From NCBI GenBank assembly GCA_965214935.1, contig CBDCCS010000014.1, positions 32,001-96,000 on the forward strand: a DNA stretch of 64,000 nucleotides. The letters are read 5' to 3'. This document shows, in pieces, positions 29,569 through 39,250 of the stretch. This stretch comes from Candidatus Velthaea sp. (GTDB lineage Bacteria; Vulcanimicrobiota; Vulcanimicrobiia; Vulcanimicrobiales; Vulcanimicrobiaceae). Positions within the stretch are counted from its first letter, which is position 1. Each line of letters begins with the position of its first letter. Position numbers and translations under genes: made by a program. Below the pieces are notes generated by a model that worked only from the letters and a program-made list of their open reading frames with translations, was not told the DNA's origin and did no database searches.

Positions 29569-31068
29569 ATGGCGCCGATTGTCCTCGACACGTCGACCGA
29601 TCCGCAAGTGGGTTATCGTCCGTCCGGACCGCTCGATGTCGCGAGCGCGCTGCTTCCCTACACGGGGCATTTCGGACCGCGTCAAGCGGGGCATCTGCTG
29701 CGGCGTGCCGGATTCGGCGGCAGCGCACTCGACGTCACTGCGTCGATGCAACGCGGCTGTCCCGCAGCCGTGGATACGCTACTGCATCCGGCCGCCGATG
29801 AGGCGTTTAGCGACTATCCCGATGTCACGATCTTATACGGTGCGCCCGGCAAAGTGCGTATCGGTACGCAGCTGTGGTGGCTCGACCGGATGCTGCGTAC
29901 GCGTCATCCGCTAGCCGAAAAGATGACCGTATTCTGGCACGGCCATTTCGCCACGAGTATCAGCAAAGTGCCGGCACCGCTCATGGCTCGGCAAATCAAC
30001 TTGTTTCGCGCCCAAGGATTGGGAAATTTTCGCACGCTGCTGACGTCGATTTCCGTCGATCCGGCAATGTCGGTTTGGCTTGACAACCGGTCGAACTTCA
30101 AAGCCCATCCAAATGAGAATTACGCGCGTGAAGTGATGGAGCTCTTTGCGCTGGGCTTGGGCAATTACACCGAAACGGATGTTAAAGAAGGCGCACGCGC
30201 GTTGACCGGCTGGCCGTACAGCGGCAAAACGCTGAGCGTGACGTTCAACGCGAAGTTACATGACGACGGCGTAAAAACGTTTCTCGGCCAAAGCGGCAAT
30301 TTCGGTTTGAACGACGTGGTCGACATCATCGTCGCCCAACCGGTACACCAGCGTTTTATCGCCCGCAAGCTACTTGAGTTCTTCGTTTATTCCGACCCCG
30401 AACCCGAACTGACCGAAGCCCTCGCGCAAACGTACGCGCTAGCCGGTTTCGATATCGCCAAAACATTGGGCACCGTGTTGCGCTCGAACGTCTTTTATTC
30501 GACCCGCGCCTATCGTGCGATACCGAAAAGCCCGCTTGAATTCGTAATCGGCTTACTGCGTTACACCGGCGCGCCGGCCGTTCCGGCCAACGTGCCCGAT
30601 GCATTGCGCCGCATGGGTCAAGAACCGCTCGCACCGCCGAGCGTCAAAGGCTGGGACGGCGGTCCGGCCTGGATCAACACCACCACGTTGCTGGCGCGCT
30701 TCAATTTTGTGAATGCGCTGCTCGCGACGTCGCGCGCCGCCGTCCCCGCGAGTCCGGCGCCGGCACGTTTCGCCGGCGCAACCTCGCTGAGCGCAAGTGC
30801 ACCGAACGTACAGCCCGATGCAATCGTGGCGCGCGCCGGCGGCCTCGATGCCGAGCGCATCGTCGACGCCATCGTTGCCGATGCGCTGCAGGACGACGTC
30901 ACCGGCGACATTCGAACGACGCTACTTGGCTTTCTCAATTCCGACGGTGCGGTCGCGGCGGCGGGAAATCAAGCCAACGCCGTGCCGTTCGGCCCTGAAA
31001 ATTACCAAGAAAAGGTTCGCGGTGCGCTGGCACTCGCGCTCAATCTACCGGTCAACCAACTCAACTAA
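29569..31068 (+). CDS. DUF1800 family protein
   Basis: HLLRRAGFG, EKMTVFWHGHFATS, PNENYAREVMELF, PPSVKGW. Confidence 0.92.
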   Translation: MAPIVLDTSTDPQVGYRPSGPLDVASALLPYTGHFGPRQAGHLLRRAGFGGSALDVTASMQRGCPAAVDTLLHPAADEAFSDYPDVTILYGAPGKVRIGTQLWWLDRMLRTRHPLAEKMTVFWHGHFATSISKVPAPLMARQINLFRAQGLGNFRTLLTSISVDPAMSVWLDNRSNFKAHPNENYAREVMELFALGLGNYTETDVKEGARALTGWPYSGKTLSVTFNAKLHDDGVKTFLGQSGNFGLNDVVDIIVAQPVHQRFIARKLLEFFVYSDPEPELTEALAQTYALAGFDIAKTLGTVLRSNVFYSTRAYRAIPKSPLEFVIGLLRYTGAPAVPANVPDALRRMGQEPLAPPSVKGWDGGPAWINTTTLLARFNFVNALLATSRAAVPASPAPARFAGATSLSASAPNVQPDAIVARAGGLDAERIVDAIVADALQDDVTGDIRTTLLGFLNSDGAVAAAGNQANAVPFGPENYQEKVRGALALALNLPVNQLN

Positions 31069-31085
31069 AGCGGTCTGGAGTTCAC

Positions 31086-32312
31086 ATGAGCAGTCGCTCT
31101 ACGTTTTTGTCTCAATCGCTGAGCGTCGCGGTGCTCGGAGGAACGCTGCCGGCCGCATTTGCGCGCGCCGCAACGGCTCAGCCGTTGCCGGCTGCGGGAG
31201 CGGCGATCGATCCGCGCAACGTGCTCGTCGTCGTCCAAATGAGCGGCGGAAATGACGGCCTCAACACGATCGTCCCGTGGTCCGACGATGCGTATCATCG
31301 CGTGCGACCCGTGATTCGCATACCGGAGAGCGCGGTGCTCAAACTCGACGATCGGATCGGCCTCAATCCGGCGCTGCTTGCGCTCAAAGAAATGTATGCC
31401 GAAGGGCACGTGGCCGTCGTGCAAGGCGTCGGCTATCCGAGTCCCAATCGCTCGCATTTCGAGGCGACCCAAATTTGGGAAACGGCGTCGCCCGAACGTC
31501 CGCTCGCAACCGGCTGGCTGGGACGCACGCTCGATCGTGAATACCGCGCCGGCAGCAAGCCGCCGTCATTCTTCGAGGCGGTCGCCTTAGGTGACACGCT
31601 GCCGACTGCGCTCGTCGCACAACATATCGATGTCGCAGCGATCGGCGCGCTCAACAACTATGCATACTCGACGGTTAAAGATGTTAAAGCGAAAGCCGGC
31701 GTGCTATACGACGGTGCAAAACCCGGTCAATCACCGTATTTAGGGCTCATCGCCGATACGGCGCGCGAAGCATATCACGGCGGCGACTTGCTGCGCGCGA
31801 AGATAGCCGGCTATACGCCCGCGGTAACGTATCCGGCAGATGCTTTTGCAACGCAGCTCAAACTCGCTGCGCAGCTCATCGGCAGCGACGTCGGCACGCG
31901 GATGCTTTTCGTCTCGATCGGTTCGTTCGACACGCATGCCAATCAACGTGCACAACAGGACCGGCTGCTCAAATATCTCGCTGACGGTTTAGCCGCGTTC
32001 TACCGCGACCTCGCCGCCCATGGGCGCGACGAACACGTCCTAACGATGACCTTTTCAGAGTTTGGAAGGCGCGTCACGCAAAACGCAAGCAATGGTACGG
32101 ATCACGGAACGGCAATGCCGCTTTTCGTCGTCGGCGGCGGCATTAAAGGCGGCATTTACGGCGACCATCCGTCGCTTACCGACCTCGATAACGGCGACCT
32201 CAAATTTCATACGGATTTTCGCTCCGTGTATGCAACGGTGCTCGAACGCTGGCTCGGACGCAAATCGGACGACGTCTTAGCCGGTACGTTTGCGCAGCTG
32301 CCGATCGTGTAA
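31086..32312 (+). CDS. DUF1501 family protein
   Basis: GGNDGLNT, NRSHF, FDTHANQ, FSEFGRR, GTDHG, DFRSVYA; canonical DUF1800 partner. Confidence 0.92.
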   Translation: MSSRSTFLSQSLSVAVLGGTLPAAFARAATAQPLPAAGAAIDPRNVLVVVQMSGGNDGLNTIVPWSDDAYHRVRPVIRIPESAVLKLDDRIGLNPALLALKEMYAEGHVAVVQGVGYPSPNRSHFEATQIWETASPERPLATGWLGRTLDREYRAGSKPPSFFEAVALGDTLPTALVAQHIDVAAIGALNNYAYSTVKDVKAKAGVLYDGAKPGQSPYLGLIADTAREAYHGGDLLRAKIAGYTPAVTYPADAFATQLKLAAQLIGSDVGTRMLFVSIGSFDTHANQRAQQDRLLKYLADGLAAFYRDLAAHGRDEHVLTMTFSEFGRRVTQNASNGTDHGTAMPLFVVGGGIKGGIYGDHPSLTDLDNGDLKFHTDFRSVYATVLERWLGRKSDDVLAGTFAQLPIV

Positions 32313-32321
32313 TAGAAGCCC

Positions 32322-33284
32322 GTGCAACTGATGACGATTGCGCCCGCCGATTATGCGCGCGACGTGTTACCCGAGTCGCGAATCATCTGGGCCAACGGCC
32401 GTTCCTTCGATGAATACGTCGCGGACTTTCACGCCGTCGCGCAATCGGCTTACGGCCGCCGGCGCTTCCGAACCCTGGGCCTACGCGTCGACGAACGAAT
32501 CGTGGTGTCGTGCAAGCGCTACGAGCGCGAACTGCGTTGCGCGAACCGCACGTTGCAAGCCGTCGGCATCGGCGCCGTTTTCACGCCGCGAGCACTGCGC
32601 GGGCGCGGCTATGCCTCGGCGCTCATCGGTACGCTGCTCGACGCCGAACGCGCCGGCGGAAGCGACGTTGCATTTCTCTTTAGTGACATTCATCCGTCGT
32701 TTTACGAGCGGCTGGGATTCATCGCACTGCCGTCGCGGACGCTAAGCTTGCGCGCCGACACGTTGCCGGCAACGCGCTTGAACTTTGCTACGGTCGCAGA
32801 CGGCGATTGGCCGGCGATCGCGCGGTGTTTCGAGCAGCTCGATCGTCGCCGGCCGCTGGCATTCAAACGGACGCCGCAAGTGTGGGATTGGCTGCGCACG
32901 TCGGCTCGCGCGGAAATAGGTGACGGCCAGCCGATCGCACTTGTCGTACGGTCGACCCGCACCGTCGAGGCGTATGTCCTTGGCCGGCGGGTGCCCAAAG
33001 CGGACGCATTCATGCTCGATGAATTCGGCTACACGGGCGATGACGGATTCGACGCCGTGGCACCGCTCATCCGCAGCGCTGCCGGCGACCTCGGCCGGGT
33101 GACCGGCTGGCTACCGCCTGACGTTGCGCGCCGAGCGCTACCGCGCGGCAGCGTCAAGAAACGCAAGACGGCGATTGCGATGATCGCGCCGTTGTCGAAT
33201 GCGGCGCGCAGCGCCTGGCGTCAAGCCGCAACGACGATCTTGGCCGATGACGCGGACCGGTGCTGGAGTACCGATCGGATTTAA
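32322..33284 (+). CDS. GNAT acetyltransferase (Eis-like)
   Basis: GIGAVFT...RGRGYA acetyl-CoA motif; FYERLGF. Confidence 0.8.
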   Translation: MQLMTIAPADYARDVLPESRIIWANGRSFDEYVADFHAVAQSAYGRRRFRTLGLRVDERIVVSCKRYERELRCANRTLQAVGIGAVFTPRALRGRGYASALIGTLLDAERAGGSDVAFLFSDIHPSFYERLGFIALPSRTLSLRADTLPATRLNFATVADGDWPAIARCFEQLDRRRPLAFKRTPQVWDWLRTSARAEIGDGQPIALVVRSTRTVEAYVLGRRVPKADAFMLDEFGYTGDDGFDAVAPLIRSAAGDLGRVTGWLPPDVARRALPRGSVKKRKTAIAMIAPLSNAARSAWRQAATTILADDADRCWSTDRI

Positions 33285-34348
33285 GTTGCCGCGTGCGCGG
33301 ATGCCGGCGTGAAAAGCGAGATCTCGCGCGGCATTTCGAGCGTTAACGTCGCAACCCGCGTTCCGAGCAGCCGGATCGGCTTGCCGGTCATGTCGGTTCG
33401 CTGCCAGCACAAACGCGCGGCGGCAAAAATACTGTCTGCGTCGTCGGTCGGTACGCCCAAATGCATCTGCCGGCCGACGATGCTGAAATCGCTGCGCTTT
33501 ACCTTCACGCCGATCGTCGCTCCGCGTAAGCCGCGAATGGCGAGATCGTTCGCCAACTCGGTGGCTTGCGTTCGCAGCAAAGCAATCACTTGCCGTTCGT
33601 CACGCACGTCGTATTCGAATGTTTCTTCGGTTGAGATGGATTTGCGTTCGCGTGTGCCGTCGACGTTGCGACCGTCGATGCCGGCGGCAAGCTCGCGCGC
33701 TTGGCGACCCCAACGCCCGAAAAGCGCAAAGGCGCGCGCGTCGTCGAGCGCCGCAACGTCGCCGATGGTTCGCACGCCGGCTGCTTCAAGCCGCACTTGG
33801 GTTTTCGGACCGATTCCCCACAGCCGGCTGACCGGCAGCGGTGCGAGAAACGCGCGCTCGGTACCCGGCGCGACCGCCGCAAGACCGTCAGGTTTGCAAC
33901 TGTCCGAAGCAATTTTGGCGACCATCTTACTTGCAGCGACACCGGCGCTGATCGTGAGCCCGACCTCGATTCGCACGCGCGTCCGAATGCGCTGTGCCCA
34001 CGCGACTGCCGCGTTCAGATCCGTGGTTGCAATCGCGACGAATGCCTCGTCGAGCGATAGGCCTTCGACGGCTTGCGCATCTTGCGCGAAAATGGCAAAG
34101 ACCGCTTCGGATGCAGCTTTGTATTTTGCAAAATCGGGCGGGACGACGACGAGGTCCGGGCAGGCCGCCAACGCCCGATAGAGCGGGAGGGCCGAGCGAA
34201 CGCCGAACGGCCGCGCTTCATACGACGCGGTCAGCACCACTGAACGACGGCTGCTCCCGGCCACCGCCAACGGACGTCCGCGGAGCGACGGATCGTCGCG
34301 TTGCGCCACCGCGGCGTAAAACGCGTCGAGGTCGAAGTGCAAGATCAT
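33281..34348 (-). CDS. dinB: DNA polymerase IV
   Basis: HFDLDAFYA, ASYEAR, SLDEA, AKIASD..KPDG, LWGIG. Confidence 0.95.
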   Translation of the reverse strand: MILHFDLDAFYAAVAQRDDPSLRGRPLAVAGSSRRSVVLTASYEARPFGVRSALPLYRALAACPDLVVVPPDFAKYKAASEAVFAIFAQDAQAVEGLSLDEAFVAIATTDLNAAVAWAQRIRTRVRIEVGLTISAGVAASKMVAKIASDSCKPDGLAAVAPGTERAFLAPLPVSRLWGIGPKTQVRLEAAGVRTIGDVAALDDARAFALFGRWGRQARELAAGIDGRNVDGTRERKSISTEETFEYDVRDERQVIALLRTQATELANDLAIRGLRGATIGVKVKRSDFSIVGRQMHLGVPTDDADSIFAAARLCWQRTDMTGKPIRLLGTRVATLTLEMPREISLFTPASAHAAT

Positions 34349-34365
34349 CTTGGACCGGCGTCGGC

Positions 34366-35202
34366 CTAAGCGGCGAAGATGCTGCGAATTGTGCGCATGT
34401 TGCGCTCGTCGTCCGCGTCTTCGCCGGGTGTTTCGAGGATCGCCGTTTTCCCGGCGAGCGCGGGGTGGGCGGCAAGCGCGTGAAAACCGTCAAAGCCGAT
34501 CAGGCCTTCGCCGATATGCCAGTGGCGATCTTTATGCGCCCCCAGCGGAACTTGCGTGTCGTTGAAGTGAAACATCACGACGCGTTCGAGCCCGATGTGC
34601 TCGTCAGCGCGAGTCAAGAACCGGTCCACGCCGGCGCGCGAGTCGATGTCGTAACCGGCCGCCCAGGAGTGGGCGGTGTCGAGACAAACGGCAAGTTGCG
34701 GATGATCGACGGCTTTAACGAGCGCTCCGAGTTCTTCGATCGTTCCGCCACACAGTTGACCCGCACCGGCGCTGTTTTCCATAACGAGCAAAACGCCCGG
34801 CGCAATCTTCGCCAAGGCTTCCTCGAGCGCCCAGACCACGGCGACGAAGCCGTCACGCCGGTCGCGTTTTCCGAACGAACCGAGATGCGTGTTCACGAAA
34901 TCGACCGAACCCGTGGCAGCTACGGCAAGATCGTTGACGAGCAGCCGCAACGAATTCGCGACGATCTTTTGATCTTCACTCGCGAGATTGATGAGGTACG
35001 AGGTGTGAATTGCCGCCGCCCGGATGCCGGCGGCTTGCCGCTTTGCCGCGAAACCTTCGAGTGCCGGAACATCGATCGGCCCGAACCGGTATGTTTTGGG
35101 ATTGCCGCTAAAAAATTGAACGGCCGTACACTGCAGCCGCTGCGCGTAAGCGACGGCCTCATCGTAGCCGCTGCCGACGCCGACGTGCAGGCCGAATTCC
35201 AT
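34366..35202 (-). CDS. nfo: Endonuclease IV
   Basis: GLHV, HTSYLINLAS, ENSAG, CLDTAH, HFND, DRHWHIGEG, LETP. Confidence 0.95.
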   Translation of the reverse strand: MEFGLHVGVGSGYDEAVAYAQRLQCTAVQFFSGNPKTYRFGPIDVPALEGFAAKRQAAGIRAAAIHTSYLINLASEDQKIVANSLRLLVNDLAVAATGSVDFVNTHLGSFGKRDRRDGFVAVVWALEEALAKIAPGVLLVMENSAGAGQLCGGTIEELGALVKAVDHPQLAVCLDTAHSWAAGYDIDSRAGVDRFLTRADEHIGLERVVMFHFNDTQVPLGAHKDRHWHIGEGLIGFDGFHALAAHPALAGKTAILETPGEDADDERNMRTIRSIFAA

Positions 35203-35204
35203 GC

Positions 35205-35960
35205 TTATGGCGCGGCCGATCCCACGTAAATAAACTGCGTGTAGCGAACGTCGATACGGGCGGCCGGCGAACCGTATTTGGCTTGCAACCCGGCGGCCAG
35301 CGCCGCCAAATACGCCGGCTGGCGCGAGCCGTAGGCATCGCGCGACATCGCGCGCGAACGCTCGTAACCGAGCCAATCATCGACGCTGAAGCGCGCGACA
35401 AACGGAATTACCCGCGCGACGCGCTTAGCGAACGGCGCGCGGTAGAATGCGCCGAAACCGCCGCTGAGTGCATCGCGGGCGGGCTCGACACCGGCTTGGC
35501 GCGCAGCCGTCGCCCGTAGTTCGCGCATCGGGTCGTTCGTGCCCAAGATCTTCCACCAAACCGCGATCGGCGCTCCGGGCTTCACGACGCGCGACAATTC
35601 ACCGAACGCGCGGTCGGCATCGAACCAGTGAAATGCTTGGGCGCAGACCGCGCCGTCAAAACTAGCGCCGGCGAACGGCAGCGCTTCTACGCGGCCCTCG
35701 ACGAAGGTTGCCTGCAAGACGGCAGCGCGCGCTGCGGCCAGCATCGGCGGCGACGGATCGATCCCCGTTACCGCCATGCCGCGGGCGGCCAGCGGACCGG
35801 ACGCAAGTCCGGTGCCGCAACCGGCATCAAGTACGCTCGACCGGCGCGCAAAACCGAGGCTTTCGAGAACATCGAACAGATCGTTCGAGTATCCGATTCG
35901 ATAGCGGCTGTAGTCCGCGGCGAGATCGTCGAATCCGCCGGCCGTCGCAGGGTGCATCAT
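35205..35960 (-). CDS. Class I SAM-dependent methyltransferase
   Basis: VLDAGCGTG, AQAFHWFD. Confidence 0.9.
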   Translation of the reverse strand: MMHPATAGGFDDLAADYSRYRIGYSNDLFDVLESLGFARRSSVLDAGCGTGLASGPLAARGMAVTGIDPSPPMLAAARAAVLQATFVEGRVEALPFAGASFDGAVCAQAFHWFDADRAFGELSRVVKPGAPIAVWWKILGTNDPMRELRATAARQAGVEPARDALSGGFGAFYRAPFAKRVARVIPFVARFSVDDWLGYERSRAMSRDAYGSRQPAYLAALAAGLQAKYGSPAARIDVRYTQFIYVGSAAP

Positions 35961-35978
35961 CGAATGAACTATCGGCGC

Positions 35979-37223
35979 TTACTTGCGGCGGGTGAAGCGC
36001 AATTGATTCGAGCGCATCCCGGCGGGCATGAACGTGCGGCGCGGACCGCCCGATCCCATCCCGCGCGACGGATTCTTTTCAAACGTCGTCTTGCTGATCA
36101 GGACGGCGTCGGATGGCCGTTCCCGCCGGCCGACGCGACCGATCAGCTGCTCGACTTCCGCTTCGCCGAATGCATCCGCGTCGGTCAACACGATCAAGTC
36201 GGCAGCCGGAATATCCAAGCCGCTGCCGACCAGATTCGTCGCCGCCAGAATCGCCGGAGCACCGTCGCGAAAGGCACTCATCATTTCGACGCGCGTCGCA
36301 CTGCCGTGCACTTTAACGCCGTTACGCCGATGGCGCTTGCCGTGTTCGGTCGTATCGGCCATATCGCCGCGCAACTGCTGAACGGCGATCCCGTAGGTTG
36401 CTTCGAGACGCTCGGCCAGCTTGGGTACGTCGCCGCGCGTGCGGCTGATGACGAAGATCCTTGATTTGCGTTCGAGGTGATCGCGAATGAGCGTGTCGGC
36501 GTGTAAGAGCTGTTCGGCCGGTGGTTCGCCCCAGACGCCTTCGGGCTTATGAACCGTGGTCGGAATGACGTCGAACGGCATTTTCTTCATCGCCACGATG
36601 TTGTCCATCGCACCGATGCGGGTGAGAAAGGGACGCAGTTCGCTCGGCGTTGCGGTCGCAAAGAGCATCGGGCAGTCGAGGTCTTCGAGCAGCCGCAGGT
36701 GCTCGCGCTCGTCAAATGCGTTTACGTCGTCGATCACGAGCAGCGCGCTGCGGTCGATGACGTCCCACCAATGCTTACTCGAAAGCATCATCGCCGAACC
36801 GCAGACCACCCGGATCGAGCCGTCGGCTAGGCCGGAGATTGCATCGCGCCGCTCGGCCGGCGACATGCCGCCATGGACTTGCGCGACGCCCAGCGGCGTT
36901 CCGCTCAGCCGTTCATTAAAGTACGCGACATGCTGGCGCACCAGATCGCGGGTCGGCGCGATCAAGCAAACATAACTTTCTTCTTTAAGGATGGTGTCGA
37001 CGGCGACACGCAACATCACTTCGGTCTTGCCCGAGCCTGTCGGTGCTTTGAGCAAGAATTCGAAGATGTCGTCGTCGAGCCCGGCACTGATCGTATCGAT
37101 CGCCGTGCGCTGATCGGCCGTAAGCGTGAAGGCTTCGCCGGGCTGGATGAGTTCGTGCGCGATCGCGACGGCCTGCGCGTTGCGATCGATGGTGGACCAG
37201 ATCTGGCGCTCTAGGGTAGTGAT
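35979..37223 (-). CDS. Minimal RecG/Mfd-like SF2 helicase (probable non-canonical ATC start at 37223)
   Basis: Q-motif FTLTADQ upstream of the track start 37055; APTGSGKT, APTRDL, IDDVN, ATAT, GLDIP, QLIGRVGR. Confidence 0.75.
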   Translation of the reverse strand: MTTLERQIWSTIDRNAQAVAIAHELIQPGEAFTLTADQRTAIDTISAGLDDDIFEFLLKAPTGSGKTEVMLRVAVDTILKEESYVCLIAPTRDLVRQHVAYFNERLSGTPLGVAQVHGGMSPAERRDAISGLADGSIRVVCGSAMMLSSKHWWDVIDRSALLVIDDVNAFDEREHLRLLEDLDCPMLFATATPSELRPFLTRIGAMDNIVAMKKMPFDVIPTTVHKPEGVWGEPPAEQLLHADTLIRDHLERKSRIFVISRTRGDVPKLAERLEATYGIAVQQLRGDMADTTEHGKRHRRNGVKVHGSATRVEMMSAFRDGAPAILAATNLVGSGLDIPAADLIVLTDADAFGEAEVEQLIGRVGRRERPSDAVLISKTTFEKNPSRGMGSGGPRRTFMPAGMRSNQLRFTRRK

Positions 37224-37900
37224 ACGTTCTCGCTCTCATCGATAGGCGCGACTTGCGGCGCCGCTTCGCCGTCGGTCGTCAAGCTTGCTTCTTCGTCATC
37301 AGCGGCGCCTGGGCTTGCCGCGACCATCGCCGGAACGCGTTCGATCGGAACGGGAAAAGCAAGCTCGATCGGCGCGCCGGCATCGATGTCGATCGGCGGC
37401 AGCGCTTCGAGCGAGCGCAGACCGAACGCTTCGAGGAACTCGGCCGTCGTTTTATAGATGATCGGGCGCCCGGCGACGTCTTTACGGCCGGCTTCGGTCA
37501 AAAATCGCCGGTCGACGAGCGTGGCGAGCACCGAGTCGGCGCTGACGCCGCGAATATTCTCGATGTCGCCTTTGGTGACCGGCTGCATGTAGGCGACGAT
37601 GGCAAGCGTTTCGAGCGCCGCCGCCGACAAATTCGACTTCGGCGGCATCAGGTATGCTTCGACGACATTGCGTGCCGCCGGAGCAGTTGCAAAGCGGTAA
37701 CCGCCCGCAACTTCGCGCAGGACGATCCCACGCGACGTGTACTCCGCATCGATCTGCTGTAAGGCGACCGTCACTTGCGCTTCGTGCCCGCCGGTGAGTT
37801 TGGCCAGCGTTTTGATCGAAAGCGATTCCGACGCAACGAACAGCACGGCTTCGATCGAGCGCACCAGCTCGCCGGTGTCGAGCAATTCGGTTTGCATCAC
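37211..37900 (-). CDS. scpB: SMC-Scp complex subunit ScpB
   Basis: IEAVLF, LSAAALETLAIVAYMQPVT, IRGV, GRP...TT.EFL..FGL. Confidence 0.95.
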   Translation of the reverse strand: MMQTELLDTGELVRSIEAVLFVASESLSIKTLAKLTGGHEAQVTVALQQIDAEYTSRGIVLREVAGGYRFATAPAARNVVEAYLMPPKSNLSAAALETLAIVAYMQPVTKGDIENIRGVSADSVLATLVDRRFLTEAGRKDVAGRPIIYKTTAEFLEAFGLRSLEALPPIDIDAGAPIELAFPVPIERVPAMVAASPGAADDEEASLTTDGEAAPQVAPIDESENVSLP

Positions 37901-38631
37901 CCGAGCGCCGCCAATTCGATATCACCGAAGGCTTGGCGTTGCTCGAACCCGATGCGCCCGCGCCGTACGAGTTCCAGGACGGCGAGAAAGGTGACGATGA
38001 TCCCGGCTCGCTCGAGTCCTTCGACGAGGGCCAGGAACCGAATGCGACCCCCGGCGCGCAACGTTCGCATTACAAACTCCATTTGCTCGATGAGCGAGAC
38101 CCGTTCGCGAACGATGGTGCGCTTCTCGGGCTTGGCCGCGCGCAACGCGGCCGCCAGCGCCGCGGCGAGCTTGGCGGCATCGACCCGGTAATGCTGTACG
38201 AGCGCAGCGGTCGGGTCGCCGCCCTCGGGTCGCCAGAAGTACGCCGCCGCTTCGGTTGCCCGCGCCCGCAATTCTAAACCGGCGTCGCGATATTTCGAGT
38301 ATGCGATCAGCCGTTCTCGCAGCCGCGATTCGACCACCGTCGCTGATTCTTCGGTATCCTCGAACTCGAGCGGAATCGGCGGCAAGAGCGACTTTGACTT
38401 GAGAAACACCAACGTCGCCGCGATAACCAGGTACTCGGCACAGAGCTCGACATCGAGATCGTGCATTGCCGAAATAAAGGCGAAATACTGGTTTGCAACG
38501 GTCGCCAGGGGCACCGTTGCAATATCGAGTTGCTGTTCGCGAACGAGGTTGAGCAGCAGATCGAGCGGTCCGTCGAAAACGTCGAGCGAGACGCGCAAGG
38601 TACGCTCGTCGACGGCGTCAGCCGATGTCAA
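37897..38631 (-). CDS. scpA: Segregation and condensation protein A
   Basis: FDGPLDLLL, EYLVIAATL..LKS..LLP, TFLAVLEL. Confidence 0.95.
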   Translation of the reverse strand: MTSADAVDERTLRVSLDVFDGPLDLLLNLVREQQLDIATVPLATVANQYFAFISAMHDLDVELCAEYLVIAATLVFLKSKSLLPPIPLEFEDTEESATVVESRLRERLIAYSKYRDAGLELRARATEAAAYFWRPEGGDPTAALVQHYRVDAAKLAAALAAALRAAKPEKRTIVRERVSLIEQMEFVMRTLRAGGRIRFLALVEGLERAGIIVTFLAVLELVRRGRIGFEQRQAFGDIELAALG

Positions 38632-39116
38632 CCCGCGCTCGAATCCCTCACGGCTTCGACCGCCGGTTGCGGATCAGGCGCGAACATGTTCGAGCGGTCC
38701 TGCTCGATCCACTCGAGGGCGAGATCCACCAAGCGCTTTTCATTGACGTACTTGAGCCCGCGTTTTGCCGCCTTGATCTCGAACCAGCGGGCTTCGTCGA
38801 CTTCATGATCGTGATTCGCCGTGTCGCCCGAGAGATAGTTCATCAGGTAGAAGTGAACCGATTTCTTATGTTTGGTGCGGTTGAGGTAAAACCAGTAAGA
38901 GATGTCCGAAAGCTTGATAAGAATCTCGGCCCAACAACCGGTCTCTTCGCGAACTTCGCGCAGCGCGGCTTGTTCGTGCGTCTCGCGCGCTTCTACGTGA
39001 CCTTTCGGCAAAGACCAAACACGCGGCATCCCCCGCCCGATCAGCAGAGCTTCGAGGTCCGTTCCATTCCGCCGAAGGACCAAGCCTCCGGCCGACACCT
39101 CGTATTTGATGCGCAT
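38628..39116 (-). CDS. NUDIX hydrolase
   Basis: LPKGHVE...AALREVREETG Nudix box. Confidence 0.92.
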   Translation of the reverse strand: MRIKYEVSAGGLVLRRNGTDLEALLIGRGMPRVWSLPKGHVEARETHEQAALREVREETGCWAEILIKLSDISYWFYLNRTKHKKSVHFYLMNYLSGDTANHDHEVDEARWFEIKAAKRGLKYVNEKRLVDLALEWIEQDRSNMFAPDPQPAVEAVRDSSAG

Positions 39117-39250
39117 GGACCGCTTTCCGATAAAGAGATCCCGGCACGTGTATCCCGGGAGGTTGCTCTGATTCTATCATTGCGGCCCAAGAAGGACGAC
39201 GGCGCCGGACCGCATTCGGGCGGCGGCAAAACGTTGGAGGACAGCCGGCA

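Noticed and set aside
33309..35229. Long plus-strand ORFs opposite dinB and nfo
   Set aside because: Antisense shadows without recognisable motifs
37205..37220. CCC-TAG shifty stop fusing ScpB to the helicase
   Set aside because: A +1 shift enters the wrong frame; the helicase frame is -1 with no slippery heptamer
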